Shown: positions 27,031-38,887 of the stretch, in pieces
How positions within the stretch are numbered: position 1 is the stretch's first letter
Layout of the letters: each line of letters starts with the position of its first letter
NCBI RefSeq assembly: GCF_006345805.1
Contig: NC_043019.1
Span: 25,419,360-25,483,359 of the forward strand
Direction: 5' to 3'
Origin: Octopus sinensis
Taxonomy: Eukaryota
DNA: 64,000 nucleotides
The notes under the pieces: model-generated
What the model saw: only the letters and a program-made list of their open reading frames with translations
Told to the model about the DNA's origin: nothing
Database searches by the model: none
Made by a program: the position numbers and the translations under genes

Positions 27031-27410
27031 GGAGTGGCTGTGTGGTAAGTAGCTTGCTAACCAACCACATGGTTCTGGTTTCAGTCCCACTGCGTGGCAT
27101 CTTGTGCAAGTGTCTTCTACTATAGCCCCGGGCCGACCAATGCCTTGTGAGTGGATTTGGTAGACGGAAACTGAAAGAAGCCTGTCGTATATATGTATAT
27201 ATATGTATGTGTATGTGTGTGTGTTTGTCCCCCTAGCATTGCTTGACAACCGATGCTGGTGTATTTACGTCCCCGTCACTTAGCAGTTCGGCAATAGAGA
27301 CCGATAGAATAAGTACTTGGCTTACAAAGAATAAGTCCCGGGGTCGATTTGCTCGACTAAAGGTGGTGCTCCAGCATGGCCGCAGTCAAATGACTGAAAC
27401 AAGTAAAAGA
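27031..27410 (+). mobile_element. Full-length tRNA/CORE-type SINE
   Basis: ggagtggctgtgtggtaag...ggttcagtccc...ttgtgcaagtgtcttc...(TA/TG)n...ccagcatggccgcagtcaaatgactgaaacaagtaaaaga. Copies at 32105-32560(-), 43960-44295(-), 58330-58660 and 59375-59720. Confidence 0.85.
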
Positions 27411-29259
27411 GTAAAAAGAGAGTTTAATGTTTCAAAGAAGGACTCAGATAAAGCAAATTGTATTTTTTGGACCCTCAATTTGGGTGTTTGCCGGCTTATA
27501 TTCTGCCATGAGTCTCTTTTACATCTGGCCTAACCCTTTAAGATGTTAATGCTTATATTATGTAATATTTTGATGTAGCTGTGTGTTAAGAAGTTTGCTT
27601 CCCAACCACATGGTTCTGTGTTCAGTCCTACTGCACAGCACCTTGTGCAAGTGTCCTATTATAACATTGGGCTTCTTACCACACAGCCATGTGGTAAGTG
27701 TGGTATATATATATATTATATGTATAGAAACTCCCATCTTATTTTTAATCTAATTTTTGACAAAAAAAACCAGTTCTTTATACATGTTAAAATATGGTAA
27801 TGTGTGTGTATAATAATAATAATGAAATTATTGTATACAGTGCTCAGGTGCACCACAACTTGTCAGAAAGTGCATATAAAGTACATGCAGTAATGTAGAA
27901 ATGTCTGGAAAGCGAACAATGTATGAGTCAGATACATGCTTGTGTGTGTATGGAGGGGAGAAAATCAAGTGTAGTGTTGGCGAATCTCAGGAAGCATGGA
28001 AGTTTTGAAGGATGCAGTGCTCCGACAACTAACAACCGATGCCGGCAGTTTGTTCCATGCTTCAGCAACTCTCAGCATGAAAAAATGTTTCCTGAAGTCA
28101 TGGGAGCTGTGCTGTTTATATATATATAATTTAAAAATAGGATAAAAGTAGTTAGCATGAAAAACCTCAAGAGAAAAATCCACCAATTTTTCTCTTAAAT
28201 ATATTTATTTATATTATATATAGGGCATTACTATACATAAATGCCATATGCTAGGAGGTTGATTGATTTAATTAAAATTCTTCAAGGTTGTGCCCCAGCA
28301 TGGCCACAGTCTAATGACTGAAACAAGTAAAAGAGTAAAAAGAGAGTTTAATGTTTCAAAGAAGGACTCAGATAAAGCAAATTGTATTTTTTGGACCCTC
28401 AATTTGGGTGTTTGCCGGCTTATATTCTGCCATGAGTCTCTTTTACATCTGGCCTAACCCTTTAAGATGTTAATGCTTATATTATGTAATATTTTGATGT
28501 AGCTGTGTGTTAAGAAGTTTGCTTCCCAACCACATGGTTCTGTGTTCAGTCCTACTGCACAGCACCTTGTGCAAGTGTCCTATTATAACATTGGGCTTCT
28601 TACCACACAGCCATGTGGTAAGTGTGGTATATATATATATATATATGTATAGAAACTCCCATCTTATTTTTAATCTAATTTTTGACAAAAAAAACCAGTT
28701 CTTTATACATGTTAAAATATGGTAATGTGTGTGTATAATAATAATAATGAAATTATTGTATACAGTGCTCAGGTGCACCACAACTTGTCAGAAAGTGCAT
28801 ATAAAGTACATGCAGTAATGTAGAAATGTCTGGAAAGCGAACAATGTATGAGTCAGATACATGCTTGTGTGTGTATGGAGGGGAGAAAATCAAGTGTAGT
28901 GTTGGCGAATCTCAGGAAGCATGGAAGTTTTGAAGGATGCAGTGCTCCGACAACTAACAACCGATGCCGGCAGTTTGTTCCATGCTTCAGCAACTCTCAG
29001 CATGAAAAAATGTTTCCTGAAGTCATGGGAGCTGTGCTGTTTATATATATATAATTTAAAAATAGGATAAAAGTAGTTAGCATGAAAAACCTCAAGAGAA
29101 AAATCCACCAATTTTTCTCTTAAATATATTTATTTATATTATATATAGGGCATTACTATACATAAATGCCATATGCTAGGAGGTTGATTGATTTAATTAA
29201 AATTCTTCAAGGTTGTGCCCCAGCATGGCCACAGTCTAATGACTGAAACAAGTAAAAGA
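27391..29259. repeat. Near-identical tandem duplication, period 925 bp, bounded by SINE tails
   Basis: Identical ORFs at 27923/28848 and 27965/28890. Each unit boundary is the SINE 3' end. Confidence 0.92.
27815..28115 (-). mobile_element. CR1-type LINE 3' end (second copy at about 28740-29040)
   Basis: HDFRKHFFMLRVAEAWNKLPASVVSCRSTASFK matches the CR1/L2-group C-terminal F..RV...WN.LP..VV......FK motif. Confidence 0.75.
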
Positions 29260-29378
29260 ATGAAAAATATGACCTGGTCTATGTAGCTGTTAATAGGTAC
29301 CACAAGGTAGCAAGATCTTCACGGTTTAAGCAGCAGTAACAGATTAAGGGTTCACTTTTACCTGTATTAGAGAGAGAG

Positions 29379-29414
<36 letters not shown>

Positions 29415-29420
29415 GGTGAG

Positions 29421-29451
<31 letters not shown>

Positions 29452-29866
29452 ATGAGAGAGGAAAACACATGCACACACAAAGTTAGATAGATAGATAGAG
29501 AGGGAGAGAGAAAGGGAAAGAGAGAGACACGCACACAGAAAGTGAGATAGATAAATAGAGAGGGAGAGAGAGAAACACACACACGCACACACACACACCT
29601 AGAGAAAGTGAGATAGAGAGAAAGACATAGACACACCCTCACACAGATAGAGAGAGAGAGACACACACACACACAGAAAGTGAGATAGGTAGTTAGAGAG
29701 GGAGGGAAAGAGAGAGAGGCTGGATGGAAGGGATCTGCTAGTCTGAGTTTTTTTCCAAGGGACACTAAATGGAAACGATACCTGGAAAGGTGCCCCTTAA
29801 GACCCATGAGGTTATAGTAGTCACCACGTCCCTACGTTTTTTTTTTTGTTTTTGTTTTTCTCTCAG

Positions 29867-30018
29867 TGTGACAGTGATCAAGAAGATATGGAAGAGAACA
29901 ATGAAGGGATTCCAGAAATTCAGGGAGAGAACACTAACAACAACATCGGTAACAATGGTGTTGATGGTGTTGATGGCGGTGACGGCGGTGGCTTGGAGAC
30001 CTGGATCAAACACGACAG
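29867..30018 (+). CDS. Spn/PPP1R9: Neurabin acidic/Gly-rich linker exon (CDSDQEDMEENNEGIPEIQGENTNNNIGNNGVDGVDGGDGGGLETWIKHD)
   Basis: Long T-tract plus tctcag acceptor, GTAAGC donor, phase 0 to 2, no stops. Confidence 0.85.
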
Positions 30019-30174
30019 GTAAGCAATGTTTGTTGTTACCATTGGCAACAGTTAATCAGAATCTTGGTTAGTGAACATCATCATTAGTTAAGACTATCTT
30101 TATTATTATTATCATTATTATTATCATTATTATTATTATTATTAGTATTATTATCATCATCATTATTGTTGCTG

Positions 30175-30859
30175 TTGTTAAGGCGGTCAGCTGGCAGAAT
30201 CGTTAGTGCACTGGACGAAATGCTTAGCGGTATTTCATTGGCCGTTACGTTTTGAGTTCAAATTCCACCGAGGTCGGTGGAATTTGCCTTTCATCCTTTC
30301 GGGCTTTGATGAAATAAGTACCAGTGACGCACTGGGTTGATGAAATCGACTGTCCCCCTCCCCCAAATTTCAGGCCTTGTGCCTAGTGTAGAATGGATTA
30401 TTATTGTTGTTCTGGCAGTGAGCTGGTAGAATTGTTAGCATGCCGGGTGCAATGCTTAGCACTATTTTGTCTGTTTTTACATCTGGAGTTCAAATTCTGC
30501 TGAGGTCGACTTCAGTTTACATCCTTTTAGGGGTCGATAAATAAAGTACCAGTTGAATACTGGGGTTGATGGTATTGACTAGCCCCCTCTCCCCAAATTT
30601 CAGGCCTTGTACCTATAGAAGAAAGGATTATTATTATTATTATCATTATTAAGGTGGTGACCTGGCAGAATCGTTAGCACGCTGGACAGAATGCTTGACC
30701 ACATTTTGCTTTATGTTCTGAGTTCAGATCCTGTCGAGGTTGACTTTACCTTTTATCCTTTTAGGGTTGATAAAATTAGTACCAGTTGAGTATTGGTGTT
30801 GATGAAATCGACCAGCCCCCTCCCTCAAAATTTCAAGCCTTGTGCTTATAGTAGAAAGG

Positions 30860-30891
<32 letters not shown>

Positions 30892-31435
30892 CATCATCAT
30901 CATGTTTCCAAAGACCAGGTCTTTTGGATTTACTTTATTGTGTTGGCGATGACTCCTGTTGAATTCCTGCTTTGGTCTTCCTTTAAATCTAGTTTGCGGG
31001 TGGAGGGAGTTGACAGACTAAAAATAGTTTCAAAACTGTTTGAAGGTTGTGCAAATAAGAGGTGACATCCGGCTGTCAAACAATAAGTTATGGTTGGAAG
31101 ATTTTGTTTGGTTTGCTGTAGGAATTGTGTTGTTGCTTAGAGTTCAAATATTCTTGCACAGAGGTAAGTACCGCTGCCAATAAGCTAAATACAAGGCATC
31201 TATATGCCTAGGTGACAAGTATTCAGTGAGCTGGCAGAATTGTTAGCACACTTGGCAAAATGCTTGGCGGTATTTCATCCATCTTCACGTTCTGAGTTCA
31301 AATTCTGCTGAAGTTGACTTAGCCTTTCATCGTTTCGGAGTCGATAAATTGAATACCAGTGAAATACTGGAGTCGATGTAATCGACTAACCCCCGCCTAA
31401 AATTTCAGGCCTTGTGCCTTTAGTAGAAAGGACTA
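30175..31435 (+). mobile_element. SINE array (three tandem copies 30175-30870 plus one at 31225-31435)
   Basis: Same family as the 22500-23620 array. Confidence 0.85.
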
Positions 31436-31769
31436 TTATTATTATTGGCATTATTATTATAGTTGATTCCAGGGGCAGTGTCCCCTACTATTTTATTCAT
31501 TGAATTTGTTTGTATTTTTTAAAATTTCTTTTCATCTCTTTTGGTTTATTTCTATGATTAACACACACACAAACATACACACATTACTCACTACTCACGA
31601 ATGACCACTTTATGCATACACACACATATTTCCACTATACATACACATCTACTCACATTACTCAAGACCTTCAGTTCCACACATACCCGCATATACATAG
31701 ATACATGTAGCCACTACTACACCCACCCGTATGTCTATTCATTCTTCTTCTTCTGACTTGCTACAACAG

Positions 31770-31790
31770 ACTGCCTGCATTTGTACACAT
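31770..31790 (+). CDS. Spn/PPP1R9: Candidate 21-nt microexon of neurabin (R-LPAFVH-I)
   Basis: Pyrimidine tract, TTCTGAC branch-like motif, TGC, caacAG acceptor and perfect GTAAGT donor. Phase 2-2 matches the host intron and there is no stop. Confidence 0.55.
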
Positions 31791-32330
31791 GTAAGTACTT
31801 TGTGGCTCCCCGGTTTCTTATTCTTTATATATTCTGCATGACACATTGGCACTTTCCTTGCAGATTCCTGAGATTATCAATGTTTTGTTTTTAACCATTA
31901 TCATTGTTATTGTTGTTGTTGTTATTATTATTATTCTCATTAATATTAATCAATCATCTCTTAAATTTTTTCACTCACCATTTGTTATTTTCTTTTTCCA
32001 TCAAATGCAGAAGCGTAGCAGCGTGGGTATTGAGGCAAGGAGAGGCATTTGCTCATTCCTGGCTGTTTGCATTAAAGGGAGCACCAATCCCCTTTCTTTC
32101 TTTTTTCTTTTTAACTTGTTTCAGTCATTTGACTGCAGCCATGCTGGAGCACCGCCTTTAGTCGAGCAGATCGACCCCGGGACTTATTCTTTGTAAGCCC
32201 AGTACTTATTCTATCGGTCTCTTTTTGCTGAACCACTAAGTGACGGGGACATAAACACACCAGCATCGGTTGTCAAGCAATGCTAGGGGGACAAACACAG
32301 ACACACAAACATATACACACACAAACATAT

Positions 32331-32395
<65 letters not shown>

Positions 32396-33379
32396 TACGA
32401 CGGCCTTCTTTCAGTTTCCCTCTACCAAATCCACTCACAAGGCATTGGTCGGCCCAGGGCTATAGCAGAAGACACTTGCCCAAGATGCCACGCAGTGGGA
32501 CTGAACCCGGAACCATGTGGTTGGTAAGCAAGCTACTTACCACACAGCCACTCCTGCGCCTTCTTGACTTTTCATACCTAATAATTAAGGTGAGGGGGGG
32601 CCACCAAAAGGATTGTTTGTTTTCCCTGCCTTCTGGTGCCAAGAACCCTTGCTACGCTCCTGCATCAACACCAATTAAAAAAAAGAAAATGAAAACAATT
32701 TCCAATCGTTATACTTTTGCTGTTGTCACATGACATGAATTGTCTCCCTTGTGATTGTTACCTCCCCTTTTCATATTCTTAATTTAGAAAAGCTTCATAG
32801 ACGTAGTGAGAGACGCTGCTGTTCTTGATATTGCTGCCCCCTCATATTTATTTTTGTTTTTTTTTTCTTGTTTTATTTCTTCCCTTTTTGAACTGCATGA
32901 TTTGATTGGTTTATCACACGTTTCTTTCCCTACATTTGCCATGCAGACAAAATATTTACTTTCCAGCTACATAACACCCAGGATATTCCCACTGCAGAAT
33001 CTTTGACTGTAATATCTCTGGTTGGAATTTAAGCGTGGAATTCCATGGACAGCACACACACTTGTGTTTAACATCACTGATTCAGAGACACATTACTGAA
33101 TCGAAACAGAATCTTAGTCTATTGATAAAATATAGATTGACAAAAATAAATACCTGATTGAAATTGTATCGAGACGTTGATGTGCTTGGCTAAAACCCCT
33201 TAAAATGCTACCCTAGTTAGGTCACAGTCATATGACTGAAACAAGTGAAAGAGTATCCGTAATTTATTCATACGTTTATGCATATGTACATATGATGTAT
33301 ACCTAATATTGTACATGCAGAAGTGCAGTATTGAGCACTCATTTTCAATCTTTAACATTTATGTATATATATATATATA

Positions 33380-33932
33380 TAAAATAGTAAAAAGTGAAAA
33401 AACTACAGAAGGCTTAAAGGTTAAAAAATATATATATTTGCGTCAATATGTCTGAAGAATATTAAAAAAATTTTTCTTACAATGACATAATTTAGAAGAA
33501 AGACCGGTTTCGCGTTTAGCTTTTCAAATTTCTTGCGACGTTATGTTTATCTTGAACAGAGTTATCAGATAACAGATAATTCTGTTCAAGATAACAGAGT
33601 TATCAGATAAGAGTTATCAGATAAGAGTTATCAGATAAGAGTTATCAGATAAGAGTTATCAGATAAGAGTTATCAGATAACAGAGTTATCAGATACAGAG
33701 TTATCAGATAACAGATAACTCTGTTCAAGATAAACATAACGTCGCAAGAAATTGAAAAGCTAAACGCGAAACCGGTCTTTCTTCTAAATTATGTCATTGT
33801 AATAAAAAAATTTTTAATATTCTTCAGACATATTGACGCAAATATATATATTTTTTAACCTTTAAGCCTTCTGTAGTTTTTTTACTATTTTCTATATATT
33901 CAACCACGTGCTTTCACAAACCAACTTTCTTA

Positions 33933-33935
<3 letters not shown>
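33380..33935. mobile_element. Fold-back element with central 14-bp minisatellite (GAGTTATCAGATAA)n, flanked by (AT)n
   Basis: Arms at about 33385-33570 and 33710-33892 are reverse complements. About 8 tandem units at 33586-33715. Confidence 0.8.
33746..33783 (+). ncRNA. Minimal type-I hammerhead ribozyme motif, U3:A8 variant
   Basis: AAGAAA-TTGAAAA-GC-taaac-GC-GAAA-CCGGTC-TTTCTT: 6-bp helix I, 2-bp helix II, palindromic ACCGGT helix III, GUC cleavage triplet. Confidence 0.65.
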
Positions 33936-33965
<30 letters not shown>

Positions 33966-33970
<5 letters not shown>

Positions 33971-34190
33971 ATCCAAACATGAAAACACAACAATGCGAGG
34001 ATGTAGAACAAGTATAGTATTATTGGACATTCAGGAAAGAAGGAAAGAAGGAGGATTTAACGTTTCGAGCGGAGCTCTTCGTCAGAAACATAGGAAAAGG
34101 AAAGATCCAAAGAAGGGAAGACGGAGGAAAGAAAATCGCCAACGGTACACACGCGGTCACATTTTGAATGACCAGAAGGGCATCACATAT
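33966..34190 (-). mobile_element. Short Penelope-like remnant between (AT)n tracts
   Basis: Carries the hammerhead motif at 34055-34089. (AT)n on both sides. Confidence 0.6.
34055..34089 (-). ncRNA. Minimal hammerhead ribozyme motif, C3:G8 core with one extra A
   Basis: Minus strand GTTT-CTGACGA-A-GAGC-tcc-GCTC-GAAA-CGTT-AAAT. ACGT palindrome, 4-bp helix II, helix I of 3 bp plus one G-U. Confidence 0.6.
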
Positions 34191-34438
34191 ATATATATAT
34201 ATATACAGTATATATATATATGTCATAATATTAGCGTCAAGCAGTGTTTAGGCATAATCAAAGTATAGGGTTAGTTGAGATATGCTTGTGAAATATTTCA
34301 ATTGTTAAAAGGCAATTTCACTGCAGTTACTGAAGAGAAGATTTTCTCTTATGGTAAAAAGGTGTAAAAACCTCATATCTGTCAAGTGTCGCCATCTATC
34401 AGGATTCCCATAGATGGCAAAACTTGATAGATATGGTG

Positions 34439-34727
34439 TATTACTGCCATAATTAAATCTCTCCTGTCCTATTACTGCCATGATTAAATCTCCCTTGTCC
34501 TATTACTGCCATGATTAAATCTCCCTTGTCCTATTACTGCCATGATTAAATCTCCTTTGCCCTATTACTGCCATGATTAAATCTCCCTTGTCCTATTACT
34601 GCCATGATTAAATCTCCCTTGTCCTATTACTGCTATGATTAAATCTCCTTTGCCCTATTACTGCCATGATTAAATCTCCCTTGTCCTATTACTACCATGA
34701 TTAAATCTCCCTTGTCCTATTACTGCT
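34439..34727. repeat. 31-bp minisatellite, about 9 copies (tattactgccatgattaaatctcccttgtcc)
   Basis: Unit starts at 34501 and 34532. Confidence 0.95.
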
Positions 34728-35086
34728 AGATTTGTGGCTTTCAACCTAAGATTATAACTTTAATGTTTTACCAAAGAATGAGTGTTAAGTTTCCCTTGCA
34801 TCTCATTAGTGCTAAACAGATTCTGTTAATTTCCTCTGGGTCTTTTCAAGCCCCGTACAGTGTGAAAGTGAAGATGCTTCTTTCTACTAGAATACAAAAG
34901 CAGAAAGATGAAGCCGTTGCAAGTGAGCCGTGTCAACTGCTTCAGCCAACAAATGATGTCATTTCTACTTAAACAAATACGTATCATAACATCTGTAGTT
35001 TCTAAATAACCATGCAGCTATTGCATCTGTTGATAATCTTCACTAAACTATGTCGTTTATTTTTCAGTTTCATTTGTAGTTTAAAT

Positions 35087-35328
35087 CAAGGATCCCCAAC
35101 TGGGCTCTGGACCAGTAGCTATCTGTAGATAATTTAACCCTTGGCCAAACAGAAAGAATAAATTAAAAAATGTTATTTCTATCTTATTTTATTGACTATC
35201 ACAGTCTGCTGGGTGTTTTGACATTATATATAATGTATTATATATGTAATAAATTAAATTATATGTTATGCACTTTGTGTTTTTCTGATGCCCTGGGTCC
35301 ATGGTGCAGAAATGGTTGGGGATCGCTG
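35087..35328. mobile_element. hAT MITE (family of 10541-10845)
   Basis: CAAGGATCCCCAAC...GTTGGGGATCGCTG with TSD GTTTAAAT/CTTTAAAT (7/8 match). Confidence 0.75.
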
Positions 35329-35548
35329 CTTTAAATGAGATTCTTAGATGTTCAATTATTTCTTTTACATTGTTGTTGATGCTGTTTTTTCAAGGCTTTG
35401 GCCTTGTGTTTGCCTTAATATATCTCAAGTTGTGTATAATGAAAAATGGTTAATTTTCATTATAAAAGAGCAAATTCTGAACAGTTTAGAATCATTGTAT
35501 AGTTGCATCCATTTATTAAGCTAATAACAATGATAATAGTAATGATAA

Positions 35549-35915
35549 TTAGAACACTCAGAGAGCACAAACCTCTGCCAAGCCAACACCATTTTCTCAA
35601 CTATCAACCAGAGATGATTTTTAAAATGAGAATATCTGAAATAAACTTGATGGCTCTCACAAATAAGAATACTAAAAATTAATCCAACCACTCTCATAAA
35701 TTAAGTAAAAAACTGGAAAAATAATCCATAATCCCTGTCTGGTACCCAATCGATCCCAAAATCTAATAAAGTCGTGCCAGTGATGAGGCCAAACATCCTG
35801 AAAGTTTAATCTGAATCCATCCAGTGGTTCTTAAGATATCTTGTTCACTGACAAACAAACAAATGCAACTGAAAATGATACCTCTGCCTTCGCTAAGTCA
35901 GAGGTAATAATAATA
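35549..35915. mobile_element. Non-autonomous element with terminal hairpin and (CAAA)n, Helentron-associated/DINE-like (second copy at about 59820-60205)
   Basis: Two diverged copies ending acctctgcc-ttcgctaa-gtcagaggt and actccacc-tttgctaa-ggtggaggt, then (AAT)n. The superfamily call is an inference. Confidence 0.55.
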
Positions 35916-38447
35916 ATAAATAATGATCTTTTTTATTTGATACAATGGCCAGTTGCTCATGGCTAAAAAAGTTATACGAGTTACAGAGATATACTTGCAT
36001 CATCTGTGAAAATTCTTCAGCTGTTTTGAAAACTATGAGCTTGTTGGCGCGTTATCGATAAATGTGGAATACATAATTTCTTTTGAAATGGTATTTTATG
36101 CCACATATTTAATACTTGAAATGGTGTAAAGTCCACATAGGTGATGCTACGAGTACAGTCTTAGGATAGAACACCTTTGAAAACTATATTGTGATACGTT
36201 TGTCTTCTCTTTTGCATTGAGAGTTGTTACATGTTTTTATATTCATGTCAAGAAGTGAAGAGAAACAATTAGAAAATACAAGTTTACCTCTTCTTTGCCC
36301 TTTCATTGTGAAAATGTTATTAAAATCATTGAAAATATATTGAAAGGGGAAAAAAACGTATATAGGAAATGTGTTTAGCAATGTTAAATATGGAACTACA
36401 TGCTTTGGTACTGTGCATCTATGTTAGTAATATAGCATAAGCTTCAGTAAATCTTAATAAATTGTACTTCATACACCTTCAGAAGAAAGTGTGAATGGTT
36501 GCACAACAGTTCCTTTAAATGAAGTCTAGGAACTGCTTCACTGTGTAACAACAACAAACACACCTCATAACACACACACACACACATGTGTGCATGTTTG
36601 TGATACTTAAAATATTTATTTTCTAGTGAATTGTTGTGCAAATAATATAAATAACATGTCTGTAATAGATTATGTCATTGATTGTGTTCCATACTTTGTC
36701 AGTTGATTGTTTTACATGTATATGTTGTATGTGCTGTAGATTATGTCTTTCATTTTATTATTTGTCTTACAAATAATATAAACGTTGTGTCTCCATAAAA
36801 GATTGTTACTTCATTTTCATTCCATAGTTAACTGTTGTGTGTGTTGACTGTGGTAAAAGAATAATGCTGACTAAAGATTGATAAATAAACACAGAAACCA
36901 CAAAATAATTATTTCCATGTTGTTGATGACAGCAGCGATGGCTTTGTCTGGAATCCAAGAATTTAGTATCTTCTTTGTGTCCCTTATTCCTTTATGGTGA
37001 TGCCATTGACGACTCTGTAGACCAATTCCTGCATAGAAGAGTCGATGGCATTGACTACATGGCAATGTTGGTGGAGGATGAGGCTTATTTTGTCAAGCCA
37101 TTCTCTCTTGTCATTTGATTTCTTCCTTTTCTCTTCTAGTGGTTTCGAAGATTGACTTGCTTCCGTCTGACTTAGTTTCATAGGCTTGTAGGATGAACCC
37201 ATCTCATCAGGCATCTAGAGAAGAGTGATAGCATTTCAGCAAGTTTATTCTCCCTATATATATTAATTAAGTAAACGAGAAGATGGATTTGGTATTAAAC
37301 TTAATTCTGTACAATGTTCATTTCGACATGCCTAGACACATGTTTCCACAGCAAGAAACTCATATATAGCTCATATCTTTATACAGTGTACATTAAATGG
37401 TATATAAATCCATCCATAACTACCACTTCTGAATATGTCCAGGCGGCATATACCAGGCTTTTGCTAATTGTTTTAGATGCCTGTTTAGTTGCTAATAGTT
37501 ACAGACACCCTTTCTGTCCTTGCAGCCCTCAACCCAGTAGAATGCTGAGGATGCAACATCTGTTTCTCTCTCTCTCTCTACTACATATTCTCTCTTACAT
37601 ATCTTTCTCTCTTTCTTTTACTCTTGAACAGTTTCAGGAATTGTCTGGATAAGAAACCATTTGGGTATAATATCCTTATCATTTGATTCACCAACCTTCT
37701 CTTTCCTTCTCTCTCCCTGCATGTTGTTATATAGAACTTGACTTCAGTCTCTTCCTCTCCAATTTAGAATTTCACAAGACATTCCTATAAATCAGCCTGT
37801 GTCTCATTCCAGTCTTTGAACACTCAGCTTATTTAGTCTCTTCCCTCTCACTTTCTTTTTTCCTGTTCCTCACAATTTTTATGAATTTTCTGTGAATTGA
37901 TAATTTCACATTGAATTCTGTTGTTGCCAAAATTTAGTGAAGTTTTGCTAAGCACTCATTGTAGACGTTTTTGCTCTTCTTAGAACCCCTTAGTCCAAAG
38001 AATTCCCTGTCGGTCCCTCCCACTAATTCCTCTCCCTTAGTTCTGTAGACAACCATTGGCGTCGATTGACTTGTTTTTGAATAGGTTATGTGTGAATATT
38101 GATAATAAAGTGGATTACTGGGGGATTACTGATACCTTGTGGTATTGAGTTATGTCTGTTTATGTCTTGAGTGTAAACCTGGATAGAACTGACTTGTTTT
38201 TAGATTTGGTACCAGTCATACTCTGTGGTTAATATTGCTATATTATTTTTCTTACTAAATTTGTTGGAAGTAATAAATATTTCTTCCTCCCTCTCTCCTC
38301 CCACTGTCTCTCTTCTCTCCTCCTCCTCCCCTCTCTTTTCCTATCTGTGTCCTTTCCCTTTGTCCGTCTCTGCCTCTATTTCCTTCCTTTCACATTATAT
38401 ATATATATATATATATATCTATATATATATATATATATTTATATACA

Positions 38448-38742
38448 TTTTGTTGTGTCTGGGGAGAGTCACTTTTTTTTTGTACCTTATAACTTAACAC
38501 ACTCACTGGTAAAATTTCCACTTATTTCTTATTTTTATTTTCCTAAAATTTTCAGACTATTGAAAAAGTTGCAAAACGCAACGAAAATTTTAGGAAAATA
38601 AAAATAAGAAATAAGTGGAAATTTTACTGGTGTGTTAAGTTATAAGGTACAAAAAGAAAATGACCCCCCCCCAGACACAACAAAATATGCTTCAACACAC
38701 GAACTCATATAAAGAATCTTGCAAACCAAATCCCAAAACGAA
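38448..38742. mobile_element. Fold-back element between microsatellites, with hammerhead-like motif at the arm junction (38557-38593)
   Basis: Left arm 38448-38553 is the reverse complement of the right arm from 38583. CTA-TTGAAAA-A-GTTGC-aaaac-GCAAC-GAAA-ATTT-TAG. Confidence 0.75.
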
Positions 38743-38775
<33 letters not shown>

Positions 38776-38887
38776 TGTATATATACACACACACGTATAT
38801 ATACACACACACATGCACATGTATATTCACATATATATACATAAAAATACACACACACACACACACATATATATATACATACATATA

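Noticed and set aside
27031-27110. tRNA-like A/B boxes (also 3686, 24222, 32500)
   Set aside because: These are SINE heads, not cloverleaf tRNA genes.
31122-31163. 42-nt segment ending in a GTAAGT donor
   Set aside because: In-frame stop in the host phase and a weak acceptor. The alternative 23-nt version frameshifts.
37141-37220. Minus-strand CTGATGA...GAAACTAAGTC
   Set aside because: Helix I and helix II do not pair convincingly, and the segment lies in an open frame (MPDEMG...), so it is probably coincidental.
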